A stretch of 59,480 nucleotides of DNA, the filler included. It is 5 parts of 5 records of this genome, joined end to end, with 100 filler letters (N's around TTAATTAATTAA, not from the genome) between each part and the next. Parts side by side here need not be neighbours in the genome. Positions count along the whole stretch, not along the records: positions 32,836 to 46,920 come from SRR22947725_7716; positions 47,021 to 59,480 come from SRR22947725_7725; 3 more parts are not named here. One strand, given 5' to 3'. Under the pieces are notes generated by a model. That model had not been told where the DNA came from. It made no database searches and worked only from the letters and a program-made list of their open reading frames with translations. Shown piece after piece: positions 41,394-52,344 of this stretch (position 1 is its first letter; every line of letters begins with the position of its first letter). A program made the translations under genes and the position numbers.

Positions 41394-42686
41394 TCAATTC
41401 AGGGCTAACATTAATTCTGGATTCTCTAGATTATGCTTTATTTGTTTTAATAATTCTGATCCTAGAGCTCCGTCTATAGCTCTATGGTCAACACTAAGGG
41501 TTACCTTCATTATTGTTGCTATAGATAACTCTGTACCAGAATGATTAACAATTGGTTTTTTAGCTGCTTGCCCAACAGCCAAAATTGCAGATTGAGGTGG
41601 ATTAATAATAGCATCAAAATCATCAATGTCATACATACCTAAATTAGATATAGAGAAACTACCCCCTTGGTATTCGTTGGGGGTTAATTTTCTTTCTTTA
41701 GCTCTTGTAGAAAGACTTTTCATTTCGCTAGATATCTTTGAAAGACTTTTTGTGTCTGCATCAAAAATAACTGGCGTCATTAGTCCTCCTTTAACTGTTA
41801 CAGCGACTGATATATCTGAAGTTTTAAATTTTTTTAAATGGTCGTTTGCCCATATAACATTTGCATCTGGAATTTGTATTAAGGCTAGGGCAGATGCCTT
41901 AATAATAAAATCGTTTATGCTTAATTTTATTCCGTGAGATTCTTGATCTGAGTTTATAATAGATCTAACTCTTAACAGGTTGTCGACATTTATACTTTGG
42001 CGCAAATAAAAATGTGGAACTGTAGATTTTGCTTCAGTTAGTCGACTCGCAATAATTTTTCTAAGTCCATCAACAGGAATTTTTTCAAAATCACGATCAG
42101 TATATGTCTTTATTGGATGATTTGAAGCTAAGTTCTCTTGGTCCAGAGGACCTCTTAAAGAGGCAATAGTACTTTCAACGTCAGTTTTGATTACTCTTCC
42201 TCTTGGACCAGATCCTTTTACAGTACTTAAGTCAATATCATTCTCTGCTGCTAATCGTTTAGCAAGAGGGGATGATGCTATTCTATGTCCTTTAGTCTCA
42301 GTTTCTTTATCATTCAGATGCTTTTTTTGTTTACCTTCGATGCGCTGACTTACTGGTTTATCTTTAATTGGAGTAATTAAATTATCCTTTGTAACAGTTT
42401 GAGATTTCAAGTTCTTAATTTCTTTGTTTTCGATACCTTTTTCGTCCAGCTCATAAATAATAGCTATTGGAGTATTAATTTTTATACTTTCTATGCCTTC
42501 TTTATGAATTAGCTCTCCAATTATTCCCTCATCAATGGCCTCTAGTTCCATGGTAGCTTTGTCTGTTTCTATCTCTGCGAGCAAGTCTCCTGCAGAAACT
42601 CTATCACCTTCTTTTACAAACCATTTTACGATTACCCCTTCTTCCATTGTCGGCGACAATGCAGGCATAAGTATTTCAGTGGCCAT
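41394..42686 (-). CDS. pdhC: Pyruvate dehydrogenase E2 (dihydrolipoamide acetyltransferase)
   Basis: Lipoyl ETDKA, E3-binding ASPLAKRLA..GSGPRGR, DHRAIDG. Confidence 0.94.
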   Translation of the reverse strand: MATEILMPALSPTMEEGVIVKWFVKEGDRVSAGDLLAEIETDKATMELEAIDEGIIGELIHKEGIESIKINTPIAIIYELDEKGIENKEIKNLKSQTVTKDNLITPIKDKPVSQRIEGKQKKHLNDKETETKGHRIASSPLAKRLAAENDIDLSTVKGSGPRGRVIKTDVESTIASLRGPLDQENLASNHPIKTYTDRDFEKIPVDGLRKIIASRLTEAKSTVPHFYLRQSINVDNLLRVRSIINSDQESHGIKLSINDFIIKASALALIQIPDANVIWANDHLKKFKTSDISVAVTVKGGLMTPVIFDADTKSLSKISSEMKSLSTRAKERKLTPNEYQGGSFSISNLGMYDIDDFDAIINPPQSAILAVGQAAKKPIVNHSGTELSIATIMKVTLSVDHRAIDGALGSELLKQIKHNLENPELMLALN

Positions 42687-42697
42687 ATTCTAACTCC

Positions 42698-44044
42698 TTA
42701 GCGATACATAACGTCTTCAACGGCGGTTATAACTTCAGCAGTAGTAAGCAGGGCGAGTTTTTCTAAATTGACAGCATATGGCATTGGGACATCCTTACCG
42801 GTACAATTTATAACGGGCGCATCTAGGTAGTCAAAAGCTTCCTGCATTATTACTGAACTTATGTAGTTTCCTATTGAGCAAACTGGAAAACCCTCTTCTA
42901 CGGTGACACAACGGTTTGTTTTCATAACACTTTGGATGATTGTATCTGTGTCCATAGGTCTTAAGGTTCTTAGATCAATAACCTCAGAATCAATTCCGCT
43001 TTCACTAAGTAACTCTGCTGCCTCTAAGGCAAACTTTAACCCAATTCCAAAGCTAACAATTGTGACATCATTTCCACTTCTTCTGATACGAGCTTTCCCA
43101 ATTGGAACGGTAAAATTTTCATCAATCGGAACCTCAAAGCTTTCACCATATAGAATTTCATTCTCTAAAAAAATTACTGGGTTAGGGTCTCTTATAGAAG
43201 ACTTTAATAATCCTTTGGCATCGTCTGATGAAAAAGGTGATATAACCTTTAAGCCAGGGATGCTCGAGTACCATGCACTATAATCTTGTGAATGTTGGGC
43301 CCCAACTCTAGAAGCTGCACCGTTAGGTCCACGAAAGACAATTGAACATCCCATTTGACCACCGGACATATATAGTGTTTTTGCTGCAGAGTTAACAATT
43401 TGGTCTATGGCTTGCATGGCGAAATTGAATGTCATGAACTCAACTATTGGGTTAAGACCCCCAAATGCTGCTCCAATTCCAATTCCTGCAAACCCGTGTT
43501 CAGTAATAGGAGTATCTATTACTCGCTTATTCGAGAATTCCTCCAGCAAACCTTGCGATATCTTATATGCACCTTGGTACTCTGCCACTTCTTCTCCCAT
43601 TAAAAAAATATTAGGATTAGCTCTCATTTCTTCTGCCATAGCATCTCTCAGCGCTTCTCTCACAGTTATAGTCTTTGTTTCTGACTCATGAGTATGCTCT
43701 TTTATTTCAACAACGGCCTCTGACTTTCTTTTAGCTATTAAAGGTTTAGACTCAATAACGTGCTCAACCTTATTTTTTGTGCTTTTGGAGATTTTTTGCT
43801 CATCTGAAGTATATAATATGGCGATTACTTCATTAATTTTTATACCTTCAGAACCTTCAGAAAATAAAATTTCACCGACTACTCCTTCGTCAATTGATTC
43901 AAATTCGATAGTTGCTTTGTCAGTTTCAATCTCGGCTAAAATGTCTCCTGGTAAAACAGAGTCACCTTTTTTCACTAACCATTTTGCAATCGTACCCTCT
44001 TCCATTGTCGGAGAAAGGGCGGGCATAAGAATTTCTGTTGGCAT
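42698..44044 (-). CDS. pdhB: Pyruvate dehydrogenase E1 beta with N-terminal lipoyl domain
   Basis: [33 protein letters not shown]. Confidence 0.95.
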   Translation of the reverse strand: MPTEILMPALSPTMEEGTIAKWLVKKGDSVLPGDILAEIETDKATIEFESIDEGVVGEILFSEGSEGIKINEVIAILYTSDEQKISKSTKNKVEHVIESKPLIAKRKSEAVVEIKEHTHESETKTITVREALRDAMAEEMRANPNIFLMGEEVAEYQGAYKISQGLLEEFSNKRVIDTPITEHGFAGIGIGAAFGGLNPIVEFMTFNFAMQAIDQIVNSAAKTLYMSGGQMGCSIVFRGPNGAASRVGAQHSQDYSAWYSSIPGLKVISPFSSDDAKGLLKSSIRDPNPVIFLENEILYGESFEVPIDENFTVPIGKARIRRSGNDVTIVSFGIGLKFALEAAELLSESGIDSEVIDLRTLRPMDTDTIIQSVMKTNRCVTVEEGFPVCSIGNYISSVIMQEAFDYLDAPVINCTGKDVPMPYAVNLEKLALLTTAEVITAVEDVMYR

Positions 44045-44057
44045 CTTCCTATTACTC

Positions 44058-45035
44058 CTATATCTCTAAATAGATATCAGTGAATAATTCATTAACACTA
44101 GGTTCTGGACTAGCCTTAGCAAATTCTGCAGCATCATTTACAATATGTTTAATTTCGACATCAATCTTTTTAATCTCTTGCTCACTTAAATACTTTCCAG
44201 CCAGTAATGTGTCACGGAGGTTTTCGATAGGATCTCTTTCACTTCTAACTTTTTGTACTTCTTCTCTTGTTCTATACCTAGCTGGGTCTGACATTGAATG
44301 ACCACGATATCTGTAGGTTTTTATTTCCAAGATATAAGGGCCATTACCTTTTCGACAATGAGCTGTTGCTCTGTCTCCTGCATCCTTCACTTTTAAAACA
44401 TCCATACCATCAACTTCTTCTCCCTTTATGCCGTAGGCTAGACCTCTTTCCCACAATGAAGGGGACTTTGTTGACCTATCAACACTTGTACCCATGGCGT
44501 ATTGGTTATTTTCAATAACAAATATAACTGGCAGTTTCCAAAGCATTGCCATGTTATATGTTTCATATACCTGCCCTTGATTGGCTGCCCCATCTCCAAA
44601 ATACGTAAAAGTTACTGACTTGGAACCTTTATACTTATCTGAAAAAGCTAAGCCGGCCCCAATAGGTACTTGAGCACCGACAATTCCATGCCCCCCAAAA
44701 AAATTCTTTTCTTTAGAAAACATGTGCATAGATCCACCTTTTCCTTTGGAGTAGCCATCGTTGCGTCCAGTAAGTTCCGCCATGACTCCCTTTGCATTCA
44801 TACCGCACGCTAACATATGGCCATGATCACGGTATGATGTTATTCGTTTGTCTCCTTTAATAGCGGAAGCTTCTAAACCGACAACTACAGCCTCTTGACC
44901 AATGTAAAGGTGACAAAACCCTCCAATTAAACCCATTCCATAAAGCTGACCGGCTTTTTCTTCAAATCTTCTGATCAAAAGCATATCTTCATAGTACTTT
45001 TTCAACTCGGCGACAGGCATCTTTTTTTTCGGCAT
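44058..45035 (-). CDS. pdhA: Pyruvate dehydrogenase E1 alpha
   Basis: [31 protein letters not shown]. Confidence 0.96.
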   Translation of the reverse strand: MPKKKMPVAELKKYYEDMLLIRRFEEKAGQLYGMGLIGGFCHLYIGQEAVVVGLEASAIKGDKRITSYRDHGHMLACGMNAKGVMAELTGRNDGYSKGKGGSMHMFSKEKNFFGGHGIVGAQVPIGAGLAFSDKYKGSKSVTFTYFGDGAANQGQVYETYNMAMLWKLPVIFVIENNQYAMGTSVDRSTKSPSLWERGLAYGIKGEEVDGMDVLKVKDAGDRATAHCRKGNGPYILEIKTYRYRGHSMSDPARYRTREEVQKVRSERDPIENLRDTLLAGKYLSEQEIKKIDVEIKHIVNDAAEFAKASPEPSVNELFTDIYLEI

Positions 45036-45168
45036 TTCTTAACCTTAATCTCTTTATGATTTATTATATAGTTTAATATTGAACTATCTCTATGTTACAT
45101 AACTTTAAGTGTATAAGTAAATAGTTCAAATAAAAATATTTTTGTTAATTTAGTGATTTTCTGATCTA

Positions 45169-45471
45169 CTAATTTATAATTATTTCTCTTGGTTTAATGA
45201 ATCCTAAAATAAAGCGCGCCTGTGTGTCCAGGAGATCAAAGTCAAGGAAATCATCTGAGAGCCTATGTGTTCTATTCTTTAACTTAGAAACCTTAGTTTT
45301 AAGTTGGGCAAGCTCTTGATCTAGAAGAACCATGTCGGACTGAATTTGATTTCTTTTTACCATACCGTAATCACCCTGAACGGTAGCAAGAGCGAAATAT
45401 AAGCTTAGAAGAAAGCAAAGTAAAAAAAACATAAAAGGAACAATTCCAAGAGATTTCTTACTTAATAGCAT
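45169..45471 (-). CDS. ftsB: Septum formation initiator (FtsB/DivIC family)
   Basis: TM, GDYG, coiled coil, DLLD..AR..LG...P.E; usual position upstream of pdhA. Confidence 0.8.
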   Translation of the reverse strand: MLLSKKSLGIVPFMFFLLCFLLSLYFALATVQGDYGMVKRNQIQSDMVLLDQELAQLKTKVSKLKNRTHRLSDDFLDFDLLDTQARFILGFIKPREIIIN

Positions 45472-45510
45472 TTAAAAGTTCCTAAGCTAAATTTGAGTTT
45501 TTTACTCAAA

Positions 45511-45544
45511 CGAATCATTACATAACTGATTCGGTTTGTGAATC
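45511..45544. promoter_or_regulatory. Three GANTC sites, two forming a TGATTCG inverted repeat, upstream of ftsB (CcrM/GcrA-type element)
   Basis: CGAATCA-N9-TGATTCG at 45511-45533 plus GAATC at 45540-45544. Confidence 0.55.
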
Positions 45545-45625
45545 CCTAAAGAGCAAGTTGCGCGTTTTTAAAGTAAAAAAAGTAAGTTTTTTAAGGAAGA
45601 AATACTAAGATAAGTTATTTTTTTC

Positions 45626-46807
45626 TTAATGGTAATCTTCTAAAGCTGTTATTCCAGGCAAAGGCTTTCCTTCTAACCAAGATAAGAATGCGCCGCCCGC
45701 TGTTGACAGGTATGAAAAATTCTCGGCACTTCCAGTAGTACTTAACGCTGAAACTGTGTCTCCACCTCCAGCTACAGATATTAATTTTCCAGAGTTAGTT
45801 CTTTCAGCCACCGCTAATGCAACACTGTTTGTCGCCTTGTCATATGGCTTTGTTTCGAATGCTCCTAAAGGGCCATTCCAAATAAGTGTTTTGGTTAAAT
45901 AAACGATAGATTTTATATTTTTTATTGTATCTGGACCTGCATCTAATATCATTTTTGTTTTTGGACACTTGTCAAACCTAAAAGTTTCGGATTTTCCTAC
46001 TTTTATGTTGTCGGCAACTATTACGTCTACAGGGAGGTGTATTTTGCAACCGGCCCTAGCAGATTTATCAAGTATCGATTTTGCTATTTTTAACATTGAA
46101 GGCTCACTTATTGATGTACCTATCTCTAAACCTTGTGCTGCGAGAAACGTATTTGCCATACCTCCACCAATAATAAGATGGTCTACTTTTAAAATAAGGC
46201 TATTTAGCAGCTCTAGTTTTGTTGATATTTTTGAACCACCTATTAAAGCAGTAAGGGGTAGTTTAGGTTTGTTAAAAATACGGTTAAGGGCATTAATTTC
46301 CGTAACAAAAGAAAAACCAGCACATTTAGGTAAAAGTCTGGCTAAGGCATCAATAGAACTATGAGATCTATGACTGCAAGAGAATGCTTCGTTAACATAT
46401 ACATCCCCTAAATTAGCTAACTCTTTAGCAAAATATATGTCATTTTTTTCTTCCCTAGGATCAAACCGAAGATTCTCTAATAGAACTATTTCACCTATAT
46501 TAACTGTAGCCAACCTTTTGTGATAATCTGAGTCAATAAAAACAACTTTACGTTCAAACACTTGCTCTAGAGCTGAAACTAGCAGTAGCAAAGAAAGACT
46601 AGCTACATACGTACCCTTTGGCCGACCACAGTGAGATATCAGGATCGGTTTGCCGCCGTTTTCAATAACATAATTAATAGTAGGTAACAGCGCAGTGATA
46701 CGTGTGTAGTCGGTGATACGCTCATCTACTTTTGGAACATTAATATCAACGCGTATAAGTATATTTTTATTAAAAATATCGATATCTTTTATCGTCTTAT
46801 AGTTCAA
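45626..46807 (-). CDS. pgk: Phosphoglycerate kinase
   Basis: RVDINVP, LLENLRF, GGGMANTF, WNGPLGAFE, STAGGAFL. Confidence 0.95.
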   Translation of the reverse strand: MNYKTIKDIDIFNKNILIRVDINVPKVDERITDYTRITALLPTINYVIENGGKPILISHCGRPKGTYVASLSLLLLVSALEQVFERKVVFIDSDYHKRLATVNIGEIVLLENLRFDPREEKNDIYFAKELANLGDVYVNEAFSCSHRSHSSIDALARLLPKCAGFSFVTEINALNRIFNKPKLPLTALIGGSKISTKLELLNSLILKVDHLIIGGGMANTFLAAQGLEIGTSISEPSMLKIAKSILDKSARAGCKIHLPVDVIVADNIKVGKSETFRFDKCPKTKMILDAGPDTIKNIKSIVYLTKTLIWNGPLGAFETKPYDKATNSVALAVAERTNSGKLISVAGGGDTVSALSTTGSAENFSYLSTAGGAFLSWLEGKPLPGITALEDYH

Positions 46808-46920
46808 ATTATTATTCCTTTAGTGTCACTGGTTTACTGATTATCCTTATTAGTCTTGTATTTTGGATGTACCTTAAAAGGGGTTCTATAAGCAGAAGAA
46901 TTATAATCTCCCCATTGCCA

Positions 46921-47020
46921 NNNNNNNNNNNNNNNNNNNNNNNNNNNNNNNNNNNNNNNNNNNNTTAATTAATTAANNNNNNNNNNNNNNNNNNNNNNNN
47001 NNNNNNNNNNNNNNNNNNNN
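46921..47020. other. Artificial contig linker
   Basis: 44 N + TTAATTAATTAA + 44 N. Confidence 0.98.
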
Positions 47021-47269
47021 GGATGGTTAACGCCAGAAGGAGAGTTGTATAATGTACAACAAGTTTACGAAGGAACTACGGTTTTAGCTTACGGAGACAA
47101 TGGGAAAGATAAAAAACCTAATGAGCCGCAGGCTTGTGCATGGATTAATACCCACGGGAAAGGTAGAATATTTTCGACAACTTTAGGGCATCACAATTCC
47201 ACCATGTCCACCATGGAGTACTTGGATATGTTAGGTAATGCGGTTCAATGGATTACCGCGAAAAAATAG
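47021..47269 (+). CDS. ThuA-like domain protein, C-terminal fragment
   Basis: Frame open from the contig edge (GWLTPEGELY), AW...GKGRIFSTTLGH..W. Confidence 0.75.
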   Translation, partial: GWLTPEGELYNVQQVYEGTTVLAYGDNGKDKKPNEPQACAWINTHGKGRIFSTTLGHHNSTMSTMEYLDMLGNAVQWITAKK

Positions 47270-47281
47270 TTTGAGTTAAGA

Positions 47282-49114
47282 CTAGTCTCGAAAGCGACCC
47301 TTCGACTTCTTTTTGAAGTCGCCGCCGCCTCCTCTGCCAAACTTCTTTCGTTTGTCAAATCGCCCTGCTCCTCCATTGTCAGTTCTTGGCCTTCCTTTAT
47401 CTTTGGAAATATTCAATTGGTGACCCTGTACCCAAACGGTTTTTAATGCGGTCATAATTTCGTTGGGCATGTCCGAAGGCAGATCCATAAAAGTATGATC
47501 CTTGAACATTCTAATTTTCCCCATACTTCTTGGGTCGAGGCCCACTTCATTGGCAATCGCTCCGACAATGTCTCCTTTTTGGATTCCGTGAAATTCCCCG
47601 ACTTCAAAGCGATAGCTTTGCAGGTTGGAATCACTTCGGGCACCACCGCGGTCTTCTCGTTCGTTGCGTCTGCCACGATCTTCCCGACCTCCACGGTTAT
47701 CGCGTCCACCGCGACTATCCCGATCTCTCCCGGACCGACTGTCCCGGGAGTTTTTCTTGGCAGGTTGGGGCATATCCACATAATAGAGTCCTTGTTTACC
47801 TGCCTCTAAATGGGCCAGGGCAGCGGCCACATCGATTGAATCTTTACCGGATTCTTCGAGGTAACGTTGGATAGCAGTACGATAATCACCTAAATCGGCT
47901 TTGAGATTTTCTTCGATCTTACCAAAGAATTCTTCCAGCTTCCGTTCATTCATTTCCTCCTTTGTGGGGAAAGAATATTCCTGACAGGGAACTTTGAGAG
48001 TACGCTCAATCGCATTGAGCATCCTTGTTTCTTTGTTGGTAACAAAAATAATGGCATCCCCTTCACGACCGGCTCTTCCAGTCCGTCCAATACGGTGTGT
48101 ATAGGATTCGAGGTCAAAGGGTGCGTCATAGTTGAGCACATGAGAGATACGATCTACATCCAGTCCACGTGCGGCCACATCGGTGGCAACGAGTACATTA
48201 ATTTTTCCACGCTTTAAACGGTCGACCGTTTTTTCGCGCAAATTCTGTGGCATGTCTCCATTGAGAGGTTCGGCTAGATATCCTTTACCCTGAAGCATTT
48301 CGGCAATTTCCATAGTCGCGTTTTTGGTACGCGAGAAAATAAGCATGGCTTCAAATCTTTCAATTTCTAGCAGGCGGAGGAGCATATTTCTTTTTTCGTG
48401 CTGCCTGACTTTAATAAATTGCTGGCGAATATTAGGAGAGTTTTCCGCCTTTACCTTGATGGTAACCTCTACCGGATTGTTTAAATGCTTTTCTGCCAAT
48501 TTTCGTATTGGCTTGGGCATAGTAGCAGAAAATAGAGCGGTTTGCCGATCGTCCGGTGTATGTTCGAGGATCCAGTCAATATCATCAATGAAGCCCATAC
48601 TTAACATTTCGTCGGCTTCATCGAGGACTAAAGCCTGAAGTTTGTCTAACTTGAGGTATCCTTTTTCAATATGATCCATTACTCGACCGGGTGTACCGAC
48701 CACAACTTGAGTACCGCGTTTAAATTCGCGGATTTGTTCTCCGTAACCAGTACCTCCGTAAACCGCAACCACCCTTAATTTAGGAAGGTTTTCAGCAAAG
48801 CCTTCGATTGCTTCCGCCACTTGCAGGGCAAGCTCCCGGGTGGGGGCGAGGACAAGAATCTGAGCACCTTTAACTGATTCATCCATTCGGGAGAGCAGGG
48901 GAAGTGCAAACGCCGCGGTCTTTCCGGTTCCGGTCTGGGCCACACCGATAAAATCGGATCCTCCAAGGAGCGGAGGAATCGCACGTTCCTGGATAGGGGA
49001 GGGGTGTTCATAGCCCGCTTTTTGAACAGCCTTTAAAATAGGCTGTGAAAGTTCAAGTTCGTCAAAGCGCATACGGTTATCCGTAGGCTCATCATTGTTT
49101 TCTTCATCACTCAT
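47282..49114 (-). CDS. deaD: DEAD-box RNA helicase DeaD/CsdA
   Basis: AQTGTGKT, PTRELA, DEAD, SAT, HRIGRTGR, DbpA RNA-binding domain, RG-rich tail. Confidence 0.92.
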   Translation of the reverse strand: MSDEENNDEPTDNRMRFDELELSQPILKAVQKAGYEHPSPIQERAIPPLLGGSDFIGVAQTGTGKTAAFALPLLSRMDESVKGAQILVLAPTRELALQVAEAIEGFAENLPKLRVVAVYGGTGYGEQIREFKRGTQVVVGTPGRVMDHIEKGYLKLDKLQALVLDEADEMLSMGFIDDIDWILEHTPDDRQTALFSATMPKPIRKLAEKHLNNPVEVTIKVKAENSPNIRQQFIKVRQHEKRNMLLRLLEIERFEAMLIFSRTKNATMEIAEMLQGKGYLAEPLNGDMPQNLREKTVDRLKRGKINVLVATDVAARGLDVDRISHVLNYDAPFDLESYTHRIGRTGRAGREGDAIIFVTNKETRMLNAIERTLKVPCQEYSFPTKEEMNERKLEEFFGKIEENLKADLGDYRTAIQRYLEESGKDSIDVAAALAHLEAGKQGLYYVDMPQPAKKNSRDSRSGRDRDSRGGRDNRGGREDRGRRNEREDRGGARSDSNLQSYRFEVGEFHGIQKGDIVGAIANEVGLDPRSMGKIRMFKDHTFMDLPSDMPNEIMTALKTVWVQGHQLNISKDKGRPRTDNGGAGRFDKRKKFGRGGGGDFKKKSKGRFRD

Positions 49115-49372
49115 AGGGAATTCTTTCGTTCGTTGTTTGTTTGTTTAGCCAGCATTCGAACGATTGTTCACTTATTCTATTCCCGTGTATTCCACCTGTG
49201 AAACTTTGTCCTCACACTTGACTTGTTAACATTATTCACATTTTGATAAAAAAGACGAGCAGTAAATATTGATTGGCTCAGTCCTTGAAAGCAAGGATTA
49301 GAATGACAGTAGTAAACTTAGTCTTTACAGATCCTCTACATTCAGCCAATTCATTAGATGTAACTTGCCCTT

Positions 49373-50890
49373 ATGAAACTTTCCGTGCCCAAAGAATCCC
49401 TTCCGACTGAAAAACGGGTAGCAATCAGTCCGGGAAATGTAGCTGCATTGATGACGCTTGGTTATCAGGTCACAGTTCAATCAGGTGCAGGACAACAGGC
49501 TAATTTTACTGATGAACTCTATGAAGAGGCGGGGGCTGTTCTTATTGATGATTCTTCCCCGTTGTGGGGTGAAGCAGACTTGCTTCTCAAGATTAATCCT
49601 CCCACTGATGAAGAGGTTACCTTGTTTAAAGAAGGAGCAACTTTGATCAGTTTTGCGTATCCTGCCCGTAATGAGAAATTACTCCAATCGCTGGGGCAAC
49701 GAAAGGTTAATTGGTTAGCGATGGATTGCGTGCCCCGGATTTCGAGGGCACAATCGATGGACGCGCTCAGTTCGATGGCCAATGTGGCCGGATATCGTGC
49801 GGTGGTCGAGGCTTCCCATGCGTTTGGTCGTTTTTTCACTGGTCAGATTACAGCGGCGGGTAAGGTTCCACCGGCCAAGGTGTTGGTAATTGGAGCCGGG
49901 GTTGCGGGATTGGCTGCAATTGGAGCGGCTCGTAACATGGGTGCAATCGTTCGGGCCTTTGATACTCGTCCCGCGGTGAAGGAAGAAGTGAAGAGTCTAG
50001 GGGGTGAATTCCTGATGCTTGATTTTGAGGAGGAGGGTGCTGGTTCGGGTGGCTATGCCAAGGTGATGAGCAAAGAATTTATCGACGCGGAAATGAAGCT
50101 GTTTGCCGAGCAGGCCGAAGAGGTGGATATTATTATCACCACTGCGATGATTCCCGGAAAAAAATCTCCGGTATTGATCACCGGGGACATGGTCAAGAGT
50201 ATGAAGCACGGTTCAGTCATTGTGGACCTGGCCGCGGAGGGAGGAGGAAACTGCGAACTGACGGAGCCCGGAGAATCGAAGATTGTCCATGGAGTGACTA
50301 TTTTGGGTTACTCCGATCTACCCTCGCGATTGGCATCACAATCCAGCCGTCTATATGGCAATAACCTCGTGAAACTAGTTAATTTACTGGGAAATACAGA
50401 GAATTTTACTATTAATCTGGAAGACGAAATTATTCGTGGTGCCCTGGTTTTGGATGAAGGTGAAATATCCTGGCCTCCACCCAAAGTGGAGGTCAGTGTG
50501 CATGTTCAAAGCCCAAAAGGACCATCGGTAGTGAAGCCAATCGTAGAAAAAAAATCGATCTTTTCTCCCGGAGTAATGCTGGGCGGACTCTGCGTGCTTC
50601 TGCTGGCCTTGGGCTGGAAAGGTGAAAGTGAATTTCTTGATCAGCTAACCGTATTTGTGCTGTCGTGTTTCGTAGGATACATGGTGGTTTGGAATGTGAG
50701 CCCCTCCTTACACACTCCTTTAATGAGTGTAACCAATGCGATAAGTGGAATTATTGTGATAGGTGGAATGCTTTTCGTGTCCGGCTCCAATCCATGGATT
50801 GCAGGGGTGGCGATCTTTTTGGCTACGATTAACATCGCCGGTGGGTTTTTGGTGACCCATCGAATGTTGAAAATGTTTCGTAAGGAATGA
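49373..50890 (+). CDS. pntA: NAD(P) transhydrogenase alpha subunit
   Basis: [37 protein letters not shown]. Confidence 0.96.
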   Translation: MKLSVPKESLPTEKRVAISPGNVAALMTLGYQVTVQSGAGQQANFTDELYEEAGAVLIDDSSPLWGEADLLLKINPPTDEEVTLFKEGATLISFAYPARNEKLLQSLGQRKVNWLAMDCVPRISRAQSMDALSSMANVAGYRAVVEASHAFGRFFTGQITAAGKVPPAKVLVIGAGVAGLAAIGAARNMGAIVRAFDTRPAVKEEVKSLGGEFLMLDFEEEGAGSGGYAKVMSKEFIDAEMKLFAEQAEEVDIIITTAMIPGKKSPVLITGDMVKSMKHGSVIVDLAAEGGGNCELTEPGESKIVHGVTILGYSDLPSRLASQSSRLYGNNLVKLVNLLGNTENFTINLEDEIIRGALVLDEGEISWPPPKVEVSVHVQSPKGPSVVKPIVEKKSIFSPGVMLGGLCVLLLALGWKGESEFLDQLTVFVLSCFVGYMVVWNVSPSLHTPLMSVTNAISGIIVIGGMLFVSGSNPWIAGVAIFLATINIAGGFLVTHRMLKMFRKE

Positions 50891-52281
50891 CAGAAGGACT
50901 GATCACTATGGCTTATCTCGTCTCGGGTTTGTTTTTCATCCTGAGCTTGGGTGGGTTGTCCAAACAGGAAACCGCCCGAAAAGGAAATATCTATGGCATT
51001 CTTGGTATGGCCCTGGCAATCTTAGCTACATTTGCCAGTGGCGAGGTGGAAAATTTTAAACTATTGATTCCCCTAATGCTTGGTGGGGCAGTGATCGGTG
51101 CTGTTCTTGCGAAGAGAGTGGAGATGACCTCAATGCCCGAACTCGTTGCCATTTTACATAGCTTTGTTGGTTTGGCTGCGGTTCTGGTGGGCGTAGTTAG
51201 TTTTATTGATCCGAGCGATATTGAGCTCACTGGAACCAATAAATTGATTCATGAGATTGAAATTTTACTGGGCGTGTTTATTGGAGGAGTTACTTTTACG
51301 GGATCTGTGGTTGCCTTTGGAAAGTTGCGGGGATCCTTGAGTGGTAAGCCCATGCTTTTACCCGGTCGTCACCTGCTCAACTTGGGTATGCTTGGTGCCT
51401 CTATTTGGCTGGGTGCTCAGTTTATCGACCAGGGACACGATCAGGCGTTGATCAGCCTATTAATTGTCATGGGGATTTCATTCGTCCTTGGTGTCCATCT
51501 AATCGTGGCAATTGGTGGGGCGGATATGCCCGTGGTCGTTTCCATGTTAAATAGTTATTCTGGATGGGCCGCTGCTGCAGCTGGCTTTATGTTGAAAAAT
51601 GATTTGCTTATTATCACAGGGGCATTGGTGGGAAGCAGTGGTGCTATACTTAGTTATATAATGTGCAAAGCGATGAACCGTAGCCTGGCAAATGTGATTT
51701 TTGGAGGATTTGGAACAGGTGGGGGAAATGCATCCACCACTTCTGAGATTAAAGGATCGATTACCGAGACCACTGCGGACGAGGTGGCGGAGGAATTAAA
51801 AGAAGCGAAGGAAGTCATGATCGTGCCAGGATATGGAATGGCGGTGGCTCAGGCTCAGCATGTGGTCAAAGATATTACTGAGACACTGAGAGGGCAGGAT
51901 GTGAATGTTCGTTTTGCGATTCACCCGGTGGCTGGTCGACTGCCCGGGCACATGAATGTTTTGCTTGCTGAAGCTAATGTACCCTATGATATCGTATTTG
52001 AAATGGACGAGATCAATGAAGACCTGCCCGAGGTGGATGTTTTATTAGTAGTCGGTGCAAATGATATTGTTAATCCTTCCGCCCTCGAGGATTCGTCTAG
52101 TCCGATTGCCGGGATGCCTGTGATCGAGGCTTGGAATGCCAAATCGGTCGTTGCGTTGAAAAGAAGTATGGCTGCGGGTTATTCCGGGGTGGAGAACCCT
52201 CTTTATTTTAAGGATAACACCAACATGTTATTCGGCGATGCCAAGGATACTTTATCCGCGGTTTTCTCGAAGCTTGGTTAA
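50887..52281 (+). CDS. pntB: NAD(P) transhydrogenase beta subunit
   Basis: [35 protein letters not shown]. Confidence 0.96.
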   Translation: MTEGLITMAYLVSGLFFILSLGGLSKQETARKGNIYGILGMALAILATFASGEVENFKLLIPLMLGGAVIGAVLAKRVEMTSMPELVAILHSFVGLAAVLVGVVSFIDPSDIELTGTNKLIHEIEILLGVFIGGVTFTGSVVAFGKLRGSLSGKPMLLPGRHLLNLGMLGASIWLGAQFIDQGHDQALISLLIVMGISFVLGVHLIVAIGGADMPVVVSMLNSYSGWAAAAAGFMLKNDLLIITGALVGSSGAILSYIMCKAMNRSLANVIFGGFGTGGGNASTTSEIKGSITETTADEVAEELKEAKEVMIVPGYGMAVAQAQHVVKDITETLRGQDVNVRFAIHPVAGRLPGHMNVLLAEANVPYDIVFEMDEINEDLPEVDVLLVVGANDIVNPSALEDSSSPIAGMPVIEAWNAKSVVALKRSMAAGYSGVENPLYFKDNTNMLFGDAKDTLSAVFSKLG

Positions 52282-52344
52282 GCAGAGTTTTTAATTAGTC
52301 TTGTATTCTCTTGCCACGGAGGCCTGAACCCAAAAAATGAGCGA

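Noticed and set aside
42540-44044. Similar N-termini of pdhB and pdhC
   Set aside because: Known lipoyl domain on alphaproteobacterial E1 beta; not a recent duplication
47620-47760. RG/RD-rich repeats in DeaD
   Set aside because: Ordinary low-complexity linker of DEAD-box helicases
49197-49241. Rex/CRP-like half-sites (TGTGA, TCACA) upstream of pntA
   Set aside because: Spacing does not fit either consensus
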